64,000 bases of DNA from a virus (taxonomy: Duplodnaviria; Caudoviricetes): the IMG/VR virus record IMGVR_UViG_3300044656_000123, positions 32,119 through 96,118 of that record; one strand, given 5' to 3'. Positions within the stretch are counted from its first letter, which is position 1; every line of letters starts with the position of its first letter. Positions 19,037 through 28,323 of this stretch are shown in pieces. The position numbers were made by a program, and so were the translations under genes. Below the pieces are notes generated by a model. That model ran no database searches. It was not told the origin of the DNA and worked only from the letters and a program-made list of their open reading frames with translations.

Positions 19037-19756
19037 ATGGGTTTCACTGAGCAACTTTGCGAAAATCTTAAAATTACAGAGAAAGAACGCGAAAAACGCG
19101 CAGAATTATCCGCGCTATTTCAAAACGCGGTCTCTGCACTGGACGTTGACACGAAATTTTACCATACTGACAAACAAGGCCCGATGAGTATAGACCTTGC
19201 ACGCCGGGACAAATGGGCAACTGTGTACCGTATGACACTACACATGATCTGCGAAGGTGAATATGATGTCATCATAGGTATGCAGCAGGAAGAAGGTAAA
19301 ACATACCTGATCGACCACACTGAGCCGCTTACAGTAGAGGCATGGGTATACATTTCTAAGTTCTTTACCATCGTTTACAACACATGGCTAGCTGAGCAAG
19401 AAGCGGCGCGGGTTGTGCCTGTAGCCAAGTACCTAGCCAAGATTGCTGTACCAGAAACGCCGTACTATCATAATTGGATAGTATCAGAATACGAAACTAA
19501 GGCATGGAGTAAAGCGCTTCCCGGCGTGACTAGCCTTGTCTCTACACTGGATGAAACAAGTTTTATGACTCTCTGTTTTGCCGCGCAAAACGATGCGTTT
19601 CTAGCCGATAAAACTGGCAGAGTACCGCAAGAAGGTAAGGCATTTCAGTACATGACCAAATTGTACTTGCAGTTTCACCGCATACGCCTAGCTGAGAAGC
19701 ACGCCGGGTTTAATGAAGCGTCAAAAATTTTTGACGCGATGATAACACTAGAGTAA
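19037..19756 (+). CDS. hypothetical protein
   Basis: AGGAG SD before ATG 19037; palindromic terminator at about 19776-19803. Confidence 0.75.
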   Translation: MGFTEQLCENLKITEKEREKRAELSALFQNAVSALDVDTKFYHTDKQGPMSIDLARRDKWATVYRMTLHMICEGEYDVIIGMQQEEGKTYLIDHTEPLTVEAWVYISKFFTIVYNTWLAEQEAARVVPVAKYLAKIAVPETPYYHNWIVSEYETKAWSKALPGVTSLVSTLDETSFMTLCFAAQNDAFLADKTGRVPQEGKAFQYMTKLYLQFHRIRLAEKHAGFNEASKIFDAMITLE

Positions 19757-19840
19757 CAACCTTGCTCCTTACTGAAAACCCGTAACTTTAAAGTTACGGG
19801 TTTAATTTTTGCCAATTTTTAAAATTGCTATAAAACCCTA

Positions 19841-19869
19841 TTGACATATGCGTTATGGCATGTTATATT
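19841..19869 (+). promoter_or_regulatory. early promoter/operator cassette
   Basis: TTGACA TATGCGTTATGGCATGT TATATT. Confidence 0.85.
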
Positions 19870-19928
19870 TAGCACATCGAAGCGAACACAAAGAACTGAA
19901 CGAAGTGACAAGTAAGGAGCATAAAACT

Positions 19929-20558
19929 ATGAACGGTTGGCCTGTAGCTTACGCGTACGAAGCAGACACGTGGTGCCCCAACTGTCTGCCTGTCGAGGAC
20001 AACGAGGAAAACAGTGACGTAATTGGTGCAATTTTTGAGCACGAAAGCAGTGAGTACGAACGTGGCTTGTACTGTAATGCCTGTCATGAAGAGATTTTCC
20101 CTGATCGTTGCCGTGTCACGCTAATTGACGATGATAGCAACTCTCTAGCCATGACGGTAGAGGTAGAGCGGCTTAGCAGTGAGCTAGACAATACTGAAGT
20201 GTGGACAGGCAAGGCGTACAGCGCAACTATCACCCTGATTGACTTTGGTGAATCAGAAACGTTTACATTCTATACCATGAGTAACTACGAACCTAGCTCA
20301 GAACGTGCATTAAACGATATTCGTGAAATGATGGCATACAGTGAGGACTACGCAACCGCGCTAGACCTGTACAAAGACTATTCCACGCAGACACGAAGCC
20401 CGAAAAGAGCGGTTAGTGAGGCTCTTGCCTTGTCTGCACGCTGGTATGAATCTGTCATGCTGCGTAATGCAATACGCGATTTCTTCAGCGACAACAACGG
20501 TAACAAGTGGTACAAGCATTTTGTAAACGGCGACTATAGCGGTGAAGAAGGTTATTAA
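19929..20558 (+). CDS. Zn-binding hypothetical protein
   Basis: AYEADTWCPNC...GLYCNAC; AAGGAG SD. Confidence 0.75.
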   Translation: MNGWPVAYAYEADTWCPNCLPVEDNEENSDVIGAIFEHESSEYERGLYCNACHEEIFPDRCRVTLIDDDSNSLAMTVEVERLSSELDNTEVWTGKAYSATITLIDFGESETFTFYTMSNYEPSSERALNDIREMMAYSEDYATALDLYKDYSTQTRSPKRAVSEALALSARWYESVMLRNAIRDFFSDNNGNKWYKHFVNGDYSGEEGY

Positions 20559-20861
20559 ATGCAATTGCTTAGATGGTTCTACATTGATGTGAACCGCGCT
20601 TCTTTCGGTAGTGAGCACACTGTCTTACTACCGAAAGACGGGCAAGTAGTATGCATCATGCAAGCTGAGAGACCGTATAGGATAGCACTGCGTATCTTGT
20701 ACGAAGAAAACGCAGAGATGCAAGAACGAACATTCTTTATGCTTGAAACTTTTCCGCAATACCACACAGGAAGCCCGGTAGAGCTTAAAGGCTTTACACA
20801 CCTTGCAACCGTTCAACGCGGCGAACGCTCAGCATTTGACATCTTTGAAGTAATAAAGTAA
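20559..20861 (+). CDS. hypothetical protein
   Basis: Abuts the upstream stop codon. Confidence 0.7.
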   Translation: MQLLRWFYIDVNRASFGSEHTVLLPKDGQVVCIMQAERPYRIALRILYEENAEMQERTFFMLETFPQYHTGSPVELKGFTHLATVQRGERSAFDIFEVIK

Positions 20862-20889
20862 AAGCATGCTTTTCATGCGATAAAGGGGG

Positions 20890-21498
20890 ATGAACATGGT
20901 AACAAGCAGAGTGCAGAAACTAAACCCATTACAGCAAGCGGTACTAAGTGATCTAGGGGTTTCATACCTTAGCAATCGCGGTACAAGCGGCCTTACAGTA
21001 TGGGGATTCATTCAGCGTAAAACGGTTATGATTCGTCTTGGCGTTATGACGTTTGAGGGTTGCGTTAAGGTACTACGAGAGTACCGCGCCACCTACGAGA
21101 CCAAAGTAAAAGAGCTAGCCGCGTACACGGATGAAGATGCTAAGATCGAGCGTGAACAGTATCAGCGTATCGTCAACGCGCTAGACATTGCAGTGGGTGA
21201 CATCTTGATGGTTAAAACCATCGGGGCAACTGAGCAAGAAGCTATGTACACCGTATATATCCAGTATGCAACCGTAGACCATGAACGGATTTTAATGGCA
21301 ATCAAGGCACTCATACCAGATTATGACAGGATAGAGGCGTCACACTTCAGCGATGAATCTGGTATGAGTAGCGCAACATTCAACGTGAAAGACCGCGCTA
21401 TCTACGATGAAATAGAACTACTCTACGCACAAGGCGCTATAACATACGCTCAGCTATCAATGGGCCGCGCTAAGTACATGCAGGATGGAAGTTGTTAA
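20890..21498 (+). CDS. hypothetical protein; C-terminal domain paralogous to 22181..22444
   Basis: TVYIQYATVDH...SATF...LLYAQGAITYAQLSMG versus TVTVQFKTIDY...TATV...LLYARSWLTFASISVG. Confidence 0.75.
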   Translation: MNMVTSRVQKLNPLQQAVLSDLGVSYLSNRGTSGLTVWGFIQRKTVMIRLGVMTFEGCVKVLREYRATYETKVKELAAYTDEDAKIEREQYQRIVNALDIAVGDILMVKTIGATEQEAMYTVYIQYATVDHERILMAIKALIPDYDRIEASHFSDESGMSSATFNVKDRAIYDEIELLYAQGAITYAQLSMGRAKYMQDGSC

Positions 21499-21549
21499 CG
21501 TAAAGTAAAAGCATGCTTTTCATGCAGAAAGAATAGGAGAGCAAACGAT

Positions 21550-22140
21550 ATGGCAAAGATTGATTTTACATGGACAGATGGACACAAGGACACTGTAGCC
21601 ACCGGGACCGCTATGCTAGGGCAATTGCGCATAACAGCTCAGATTGTGTTTGATTATAACCATGACTGGCTTTGGCGCGGTACTTTCACCGATCAGTACC
21701 AGAACGGCGCGGTAAAAAATCCACGTGCAAAACACGAACGCAACGTGTTTAAATACTTTGTGCCTACCAACACGGTACGCGAACACTTGAAGAGCATGCT
21801 AGAGCAAGGTGTAGAGCTACGCGAAGCCCGTACTAAGGCTCTTGAATACGTCCGAGAGGATATGCGTATCACTGCGAGTCCAGAAGATAGCGGCTACTAC
21901 GCCGTAGCCGTGATTGTAACCGTGTCTATCCTGGTTAAGCACGCGCAGGACGCTAACCAATGGGTAGACCTGGCAACCGATAGCCTCTATGGTATCGAAG
22001 GAAAGTATGCATACGTCAAGCCGCAGGATGACGAGTACATCAAAGAGGTTGTGCAGGAGTGTACAGACAACGCGCTCGTTATGGCACATAGTACGGTAAA
22101 ACAGATTAAAGAGGCGGACAACGGCATTTTCGAGAACTAG
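21550..22140 (+). CDS. hypothetical protein, paralog of 22525..23217
   Basis: Shared AVKNP/ALKNP, YFVPTNTV/YFLPDNTV, EDMRI/EDMAI, GIE motifs. Confidence 0.8.
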   Translation: MAKIDFTWTDGHKDTVATGTAMLGQLRITAQIVFDYNHDWLWRGTFTDQYQNGAVKNPRAKHERNVFKYFVPTNTVREHLKSMLEQGVELREARTKALEYVREDMRITASPEDSGYYAVAVIVTVSILVKHAQDANQWVDLATDSLYGIEGKYAYVKPQDDEYIKEVVQECTDNALVMAHSTVKQIKEADNGIFEN

Positions 22141-22180
22141 ACCATAAAAGCATGCTTTTCATGCAGTAAGGAGCAAGAAA

Positions 22181-22444
22181 ATGGTAAGTGTAGAAGAAAA
22201 AGATTTCATGACGGTCACGGTACAGTTTAAGACCATTGACTATCATCAAGTCATAGAGGATTTAACGAAGATTTTCCCCGGTTTTAGTGAGGTCGGAAGC
22301 GTTGGGTACACTGGTAACGGGATAAGTACCGCTACAGTAAAAACGGATTCTTGCACAGTCTTTAGCCGCTTGACACTGCTCTATGCTCGTTCATGGTTAA
22401 CTTTTGCCTCTATCTCTGTAGGTGAGTACAAAGAAGTACGCTAA
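22181..22444 (+). CDS. hypothetical protein
   Basis: AAGGAG SD; paralogous to the C-terminus of 20890..21498. Confidence 0.75.
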   Translation: MVSVEEKDFMTVTVQFKTIDYHQVIEDLTKIFPGFSEVGSVGYTGNGISTATVKTDSCTVFSRLTLLYARSWLTFASISVGEYKEVR

Positions 22445-22524
22445 CAACTAAAAGCATGCTTTTCCTATCAATAAGCATGCTTTTCTTAGCGCTTAGCGCT
22501 ACTAGCACAGTAAGGAGTTACAAA

Positions 22525-23217
22525 ATGATCGTAGATTCTGCCAAGTGGCAAGAGACTAACAAGCATGATGTATACCTGTACCAGCAAGCACAGTTAGGGC
22601 CATTTATTATTGACATTAACGTAGGTCCTGATTTTACACACAATTGGATAGAGCTAAAAGGCACTGTACTCACTGAGCCGGAACCGCATGCACTAAAAAA
22701 CCCCTACTATACCGGGTGCCTGGGTGAGTATCCTTACTTCCTACCAGATAATACCGTAGCAAAATTGACAAAGTATTATATAGAGCAACGCGGCTATACG
22801 CCACAACGAGCACGCAACAAGGCATACAGTGACGTGGTAGAGGACATGGCTATTGCTCTAGCACCTGACCATGCAGGATATGAAGCTTTTTACATCCTGG
22901 CAACTGTACACATGCGCATAGAGGCCGGGGATAGTTCGGACCTCATTACACTAGCATCACGGTCTAGTATGGGCATTGAAATCAAGACAAGTGCAACTGC
23001 ATGGCGGGCGGAACGGGAAAGAAAGGTAAGAACTGCATCATACTCAGAACCGGAAAGGCACGTAGAAGAGACAAGACAAGCATTAGCTGTGAAAGCAGAA
23101 AGAACTGCAAAGAGGGCAATACATGCGTCACTAGGAATAATCAGGCATATAAAGCGTGATGTGCCAACAAGTGCATTTACGGATGTTGTGCGAGAAATCC
23201 AAGAAAACAAGAAATAG
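22525..23217 (+). CDS. hypothetical protein, paralog of 21550..22140
   Basis: AAGGAG SD before ATG 22525. Confidence 0.75.
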   Translation: MIVDSAKWQETNKHDVYLYQQAQLGPFIIDINVGPDFTHNWIELKGTVLTEPEPHALKNPYYTGCLGEYPYFLPDNTVAKLTKYYIEQRGYTPQRARNKAYSDVVEDMAIALAPDHAGYEAFYILATVHMRIEAGDSSDLITLASRSSMGIEIKTSATAWRAERERKVRTASYSEPERHVEETRQALAVKAERTAKRAIHASLGIIRHIKRDVPTSAFTDVVREIQENKK

Positions 23218-23309
23218 ATGCAACATGTGTCATAGTGTTAGAAAACGCATAACATGCAACGTGTGTCATAGTTCAGAATAGCGGTGAAAGATGCAACGTG
23301 TATCACGCT
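23218..23309 (+). repeat. three direct repeats ATGCAACRTGTRTCA, period 36-37 bp
   Basis: Copies start at 23218, 23254 and 23291. Confidence 0.75.
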
Positions 23310-23323
23310 CCTGATCTCACCAG

Positions 23324-23364
23324 AAAACCCGGCTCTAGTCACCAGCTAGAGCCGGGTTTTCTTT
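23324..23364 (+). terminator. terminator of the ACCCGGCTCTAG repeat family
   Basis: AAAACCCGGCTCTAG-TCACCAG-CTAGAGCCGGGTTTT. Confidence 0.75.
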
Positions 23365-23391
23365 TACCATATAAAGAACATAAAACCATGC

Positions 23392-23420
23392 TTGACATAT
23401 GCTATTTCATATGCGATACT
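23392..23420 (+). promoter_or_regulatory. promoter/operator cassette, variant class
   Basis: TTGACA TATGCTATTTCATATGC GATACT, followed by a second TTGACA. Confidence 0.7.
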
Positions 23421-23470
23421 TGACAATACAACTTAATAAATTTTGACCGCTAAGTAAGGAGTAACAAAAC

Positions 23471-24451
23471 ATGGCTAACATCATTGGTGCAACGTTCTAT
23501 TTCGCCTCTACTCAAATTTGTTGTGATTGTGCAGAAAAGAGGCTATCTGATTATGGTCTAGCTTGTGATGAGATTAAAGAGGTACTAGGCTATCAATCGC
23601 GTAGCGTGTTTAGTCGTTTGTGGGATGAATGGCCTATCCGCTATGAACACGGTAAAGAGTACGGTGTCTATTTCTTAGAAGTTGACAACTATGTAGAGTA
23701 CACCAGCTATAGAGGTAATGTGCAGTATTGGCTAGACATGTCTGCTTTTACTGAGCAAGATAATGATAGCCTTATCTATATCTCTACTGTTAACGGTGTG
23801 CCTACTGCGTCTAAAATCAACAATGGGGATAGCTACGTATTAACAGAACGCAGTCACTATGTAGAGAACAAAGACCGTGAAACTATAACCCGCGTGCTTG
23901 CAAAGACTACTGCATTAACTGATCTAAGGGATATAGAGCAAATTACTGATGAGTACGATACTAGAGGCGAAATGTTGACGTGTGAATCATGTGATGCAAT
24001 GATGATAGAGGAATACACGATTGATTGTTACAACTGTGATAAGACTATAGCGCATGGTCACACGGCTTATGATATTGAGTACGGTAATTCACTGGACGAT
24101 TACAACGGTATGCCGCGTGTAATGCGCTTGTGCCTACGCTGTGAGCTTAATAGGCGTCAAGCAATCGACAATGCTATCATGTCTGCATTGATGCAACAAC
24201 ACAAAGAAACCGGGTCTAGATGGTACGCTCTTTATACTGGTGACATTGCAAACAGGGGATTTTATGAAGTCTATGAAGAGGTAAAGCATAGTGAATCCCT
24301 GATCTTTGCTAAGCTGAATCAGAAAGTTAAGGCTATCATCGAAAAAGCGTACTACGATGAAACTACAGAGTCACTTGCTAAGTTTAAAGAAACCTGCACA
24401 AGCGCTATAGTTCGCTTAGACCGTAAATATGATTATGATTCTAGCTTTTAA
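23471..24451 (+). CDS. Cys-rich Zn-binding hypothetical protein
   Basis: Four CxxC pairs (CCDC, CESC, CYNC, CLRC); AAGGAG SD. Confidence 0.8.
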   Translation: MANIIGATFYFASTQICCDCAEKRLSDYGLACDEIKEVLGYQSRSVFSRLWDEWPIRYEHGKEYGVYFLEVDNYVEYTSYRGNVQYWLDMSAFTEQDNDSLIYISTVNGVPTASKINNGDSYVLTERSHYVENKDRETITRVLAKTTALTDLRDIEQITDEYDTRGEMLTCESCDAMMIEEYTIDCYNCDKTIAHGHTAYDIEYGNSLDDYNGMPRVMRLCLRCELNRRQAIDNAIMSALMQQHKETGSRWYALYTGDIANRGFYEVYEEVKHSESLIFAKLNQKVKAIIEKAYYDETTESLAKFKETCTSAIVRLDRKYDYDSSF

Positions 24452-24471
24452 CTCCTGATCAGTCACTAGGC

Positions 24472-24500
24472 ACCCGGCTCTAGCTAGAGCCGGGTTTTTT
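24472..24500 (+). terminator. palindromic terminator
   Basis: ACCCGGCTCTAG/CTAGAGCCGGGT plus T-run. Confidence 0.75.
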
Positions 24501-24632
24501 TGTTCTCTGCACACCAGCTATGTCTGCACTCTATCAACTGATCAGGAGCAAACACACCAGCTATACCTGCACACCAGAAAACCCGGCTCTAGCTGGTGAC
24601 ATAGTACCTAGTCATGGTATAGACCACTTGCT

Positions 24633-24876
24633 TGTAATTTTTCCCTTAGTTCTATAACTTCCCTATGGAAAGTGACTCATAATCGCGTTTAAATGCGTTT
24701 CTGAGGGTGCAAAAGTCTAGCCATAGAATCACCCGTCTAAAGTCTGCAAGGGGCTTTCTCGTTAATCGGCTTTCTCGTTAATCGTAGGCCCAAAGAGAGG
24801 CATTTCAGAAACGCTGGTGTATCTACACAGGGACCTCTAAAAACCCTCAGATTTCTATTTAAATGCGATTAAATAG
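24633..24876. repeat. about 245-bp structured non-coding element, copy 1
   Basis: First about 100 bp and last about 75 bp near-identical to 27987-28230; long imperfect inverted repeat at about 24680-24708 and 24843-24871. Confidence 0.85.
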
Positions 24877-24979
24877 CATTGTCGCATGTCTACTAGAATA
24901 TGATAACCTGCACTCAAGACATTAGGCATTACAAGCATAACGGGTTTTATGGGTTTTCAAAAATTGCTGTAAAATCCGC

Positions 24980-25008
24980 TTGACACATGCTAGTAGATAT
25001 GCAATACT
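24980..25008 (+). promoter_or_regulatory. promoter/operator cassette, variant class
   Basis: TTGACA CATGCTAGTAGATATGC AATACT, followed by TTGACA. Confidence 0.65.
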
Positions 25009-25057
25009 TGACAAAGATTCAACACACTAAACAACGTAAGGAGATGAGACAAGCGCT

Positions 25058-25453
25058 ATGCAACACAGAGAGAGGTATCCTAAAAACTGGGCAAAATTAG
25101 CGCTTGATTGCAAGGAAAAAGCGAACTGGACGTGTCAACATTGCGGCTTATACATCCCTAGAGAGGGTGTACAGATGGTTTCACGTAAGGGGAAACCGTG
25201 GACTATGTATCTGTGTGCCGCACACATAGACCATGACACTGAAAATGAGAACCCGCGTCTACTTGCTCTATGTCTGATATGTCACGCTAAATACGACTAT
25301 TCACAGGAGCAAATTAAGAGGCGTATCGAAGCTGAACAAAGACGACATGCTATTTTAATTGCACAAGCGGGTTACACACCAGCAAAGACACGTCTAGTCA
25401 ACATTGAACGGTATAGGGCACATAAAAGAAGTAAGGAGTTGCAAACAGCATGA
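25058..25453 (+). CDS. HNH endonuclease-like protein
   Basis: YPKNW...CQHCG...AHIDHDTEN...LCLICHAKYD. Confidence 0.8.
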   Translation: MQHRERYPKNWAKLALDCKEKANWTCQHCGLYIPREGVQMVSRKGKPWTMYLCAAHIDHDTENENPRLLALCLICHAKYDYSQEQIKRRIEAEQRRHAILIAQAGYTPAKTRLVNIERYRAHKRSKELQTA

Positions 25454-26199
25454 ATTATGATGAGACGATTGCACATTATGAAGCAAGCATAAACCGTGTT
25501 CAGCGTGCATGTAACACTATTGCGTGTATGCTAGAACAAAGACACGGCTATATCAATGCTTGTCAAGATGATTGCTACTTATCTTTGTTGAGACCGGATG
25601 AAAGTGTCATATACGTTGACACTGGTGTTTATATCTGGTTGGAAGATAAGCAGGAACAAAACATACAGCAAATTAAAAGTGACCTTGCACAATGGAATAA
25701 AGTACTAAGCGTGTTAAAAGCGGAATTACGCGCTATCCATAGGAAAAATAAGGAGCAAGAAGCCAAGAAAAATGTACGTTGTTATACTTGCCTCAAAATG
25801 TACAGAACTGAGCAAGAAGGGGATAGTACAGACATCTATGTAGGCATGGATGTAAATATCTGCTTGCATCCTTGCTCAGATGGCAAGGAACATTATATCT
25901 GTTTTTCCTGCTATTGTGAGCTAGGCACAACTGAAGATTTTACGGTTATTCTACCTGTCTACTGTATAGCTATGCTGCACAATTATCATAGCTATAAGTA
26001 CCTTAAACCTATCTGGTGTGTTATCTACACAAGCACAAACATGCATGAAATAGAGAGGATACACCGTAAATTAGAGGATAAAGCCTATAGAGGCTTATGC
26101 GGTACTAGCTACGCGGATAGCCGCTTAAGGTCATACCGCCTATTAACGACAAACACCGTCAAGGCTAGCAAAGCCGGGTTATGCATGACAGGAGTATAG
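25450..26199 (+). CDS. hypothetical protein with a CxxC...CSDGKEHxxCxxC Zn module
   Basis: Module shared with the N-terminus of 28642..30489. Confidence 0.7.
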   Translation: MNYDETIAHYEASINRVQRACNTIACMLEQRHGYINACQDDCYLSLLRPDESVIYVDTGVYIWLEDKQEQNIQQIKSDLAQWNKVLSVLKAELRAIHRKNKEQEAKKNVRCYTCLKMYRTEQEGDSTDIYVGMDVNICLHPCSDGKEHYICFSCYCELGTTEDFTVILPVYCIAMLHNYHSYKYLKPIWCVIYTSTNMHEIERIHRKLEDKAYRGLCGTSYADSRLRSYRLLTTNTVKASKAGLCMTGV

Positions 26200-26203
26200 A
26201 GCC

Positions 26204-26338
26204 GTGAAAATCTATGATGAATCTCTGTATTGTGCAGAGTGCGATACAGAGATCAGTACTGAGCAAGCGCTATTTTGTGACGGTCTTTGTGATGATTGCT
26301 ATGAAGAGTGCGAAAAACTAAACACCAGCAAACAATAA
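26204..26338 (+). CDS. 44-aa Zn-finger peptide (not in track)
   Basis: AGGAG SD, GTG start; CAEC...CDGLCDDC. Confidence 0.6.
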   Translation: MKIYDESLYCAECDTEISTEQALFCDGLCDDCYEECEKLNTSKQ

Positions 26339-26351
26339 GGAGAATAAGAGC

Positions 26352-27092
26352 ATGATTACCGATACACTTTATCAATCCGTTAACACCGTTGTTTATGATG
26401 GCATGCCTACAGACGGCTATGACGGTCACTACAAAGAAATCGTCATAGCTGAACAATGGGGTTTTAGAGTTGTCTGGTGTATGGAAGTTGCAAGCGATGG
26501 TACGCAGTATACACATCTCTACAGACTTGAAAAACTACGCAAGCTTACACCAGAACAAAAGGCTATGCTAGGTCCCTACGTTGCGTACGGTCTTTATGAT
26601 GTTGAGTCTCGTTTGTGGCTAGGCATCACTGGCATTTACTATTCTAAGCAAGAAGCGCTAGACGCATTTAAGGAGAAAGTGTTTATAACTAACCATAATC
26701 GCGGCTTTACTGATCTTGCGTACGCGCTAGAGCAAGCGCTTGACGGTATACAGTTTTTTAGACAGGATACCTATTGTTACTGTCATGATTGCGCGTTGAA
26801 AGTGCTCTTTAATGGCTCTAGAGCACGTATGCTCTACAGTCTTAAGCATAATATATTCAAGGATATAGAGGGTTTTAGCTATGGCCTCTATCATGAGTAT
26901 AGCGCCTCACTTGCCGATACTCCAACCTATGAGAACGGTGTCAATTGCTCAGAATGTGGCAATAGCTTGCTAGAGCCTCTAGACACTGATTATGATGAAG
27001 ATATAGCCGTTACTGGCATAGACCCTGATCAGGACATGACAGGGAATTATGATGGCTCTATACCGTGTGACTTCGACGCGCAATCAATGTAA
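26352..27092 (+). CDS. Zn-binding hypothetical protein
   Basis: CYCHDCA...GVNCSECG; AAGGAG SD. Confidence 0.75.
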   Translation: MITDTLYQSVNTVVYDGMPTDGYDGHYKEIVIAEQWGFRVVWCMEVASDGTQYTHLYRLEKLRKLTPEQKAMLGPYVAYGLYDVESRLWLGITGIYYSKQEALDAFKEKVFITNHNRGFTDLAYALEQALDGIQFFRQDTYCYCHDCALKVLFNGSRARMLYSLKHNIFKDIEGFSYGLYHEYSASLADTPTYENGVNCSECGNSLLEPLDTDYDEDIAVTGIDPDQDMTGNYDGSIPCDFDAQSM

Positions 27093-27151
27093 GTAGCTTG
27101 TCACCAGCTAGGCACCCGGCTCTAGCTGGTGACACATAAGGAGAATACAAC

Positions 27152-27502
27152 GTGAATAGAAATTACTGCACTAAGGAGCATACACCAGAAAATCAGGAGC
27201 AAGCTAGACAAAAACTGCTAGAGCTATGCCCACGTGGAACTACTGTGTATTGTTTCGTGACTGCACTCAATAGCCATAGCACACCACGTTATGAGATGGC
27301 AGTGATACACATGTATGGCGGCGTACCTGATCTTAAGAACATAACCGCGTGGATACACATTTTTACCGGATGGCGCTATTATGATCGCGCATGGACTACT
27401 AACGGGATTCAGTGTCAAGGTAACTACTATGATAGCATTGTCGCTAATTTGTCCGATAGACTGTACAATGATAGAGCCGCGTTAATTGCGGTAAAAAAGT
27501 AA
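27152..27502 (+). CDS. hypothetical protein, paralog of the next gene
   Basis: GTTVYC/GDTIYC, NIT, TGxRxY, SIVANLS/SVVKTLS shared. Confidence 0.75.
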   Translation: MNRNYCTKEHTPENQEQARQKLLELCPRGTTVYCFVTALNSHSTPRYEMAVIHMYGGVPDLKNITAWIHIFTGWRYYDRAWTTNGIQCQGNYYDSIVANLSDRLYNDRAALIAVKK

Positions 27503-27514
27503 GGAGTGTCAACA

Positions 27515-27883
27515 ATGGCTAGAGGCGTTTATATTACACTGTCAACGCAAGAAGAGACAAACGAGCTAAGAAGCGGTACAATGAAGTATCTACGGTCTTT
27601 TATACAAGCTGGTGATACCATCTATTGCAAGCTGGTGTACAAAACGTCCAGCAATTTACCGGGTGCTACGCGTGGTTATGCATTGATGGCATATTGCAGT
27701 GAAACGGGCAAAATTGCCAACATTACGCATGACGTTGCACTAGTCACAGGAACACGGTTCTATAGTGGTGAACCGCAATGTATGATGGTTAGGGGAGAAG
27801 ATGTAAAATCCGTTGTTAAAACACTTTCTTTTCTCCTGTTCAATGAAGATAATAGTAAGCTTAACTGTGATATCTGGTGTTAA
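27515..27883 (+). CDS. hypothetical protein, tandem paralog
   Basis: AAGGAG SD; terminator at about 27910-27939. Confidence 0.75.
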   Translation: MARGVYITLSTQEETNELRSGTMKYLRSFIQAGDTIYCKLVYKTSSNLPGATRGYALMAYCSETGKIANITHDVALVTGTRFYSGEPQCMMVRGEDVKSVVKTLSFLLFNEDNSKLNCDIWC

Positions 27884-27986
27884 CGCTCAATACTGAGTAT
27901 ACGGGTTTTAGAGGCAAGTTTTAAACTTGCCTCTTTTTTGTTCTCTGCACACCAGCTAGAGCCGGGTCTCTCTGCATTGTTCATCC

Positions 27987-28230
27987 TGTAATTTTTCCCT
28001 TAGTTCTATAACTTCCCTATGGAAAGTGACTCATAATCGCGTTTAAATGCGTTTCTGAGGGTGCAAAAGTCTAGCCATAGAATCACCCTACTCATCTTTG
28101 CAAGGACCTCTCTTGACAATCGGCCTTGTTGCCAATTGTGGCGCGATTAAATGGCATTTTAGAAACGCTGGTGTATCTATACAGGGACCTCTAAAAACCC
28201 TCAGATTTCTATTTAAATGCGATTAAATAG
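27987..28230. repeat. about 245-bp structured non-coding element, copy 2
   Basis: Duplicate of 24633-24876 with a divergent central about 65 bp. Confidence 0.85.
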
Positions 28231-28233
28231 GTA

Positions 28234-28262
28234 TTGACAAATGTCTGTAGGCATGCGATACT
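28234..28262 (+). promoter_or_regulatory. promoter/operator cassette, variant class
   Basis: TTGACA AATGTCTGTAGGCATGC GATACT; downstream TTGACA.TACAACTTAATAA shared with the 23392 promoter. Confidence 0.7.
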
Positions 28263-28323
28263 TGACATACAACTTAATAATTTCTAAGACCTGAACACAG
28301 GTAGAAAGTAAGGAGCATTGAAC

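Larger units (their letters stand above)
20860..22482. repeat. intergenic palindrome AAAAGCATGCTTTT(C) at four consecutive gene junctions
   Basis: Copies at about 20860, 21507, 22146 and 22450, plus a partial copy at 22473. Confidence 0.85.

Noticed and set aside
20860-23309. CRISPR or TIGR array
   Set aside because: The palindromes are separated by whole genes; the 36-bp-period repeat has only three degenerate copies with related spacers; no cas or Nop-domain gene recognised
24633-28230. Diversity-generating retroelement TR/VR pair
   Set aside because: Both copies are non-coding, differences are not adenine-specific, and no reverse transcriptase is in the window
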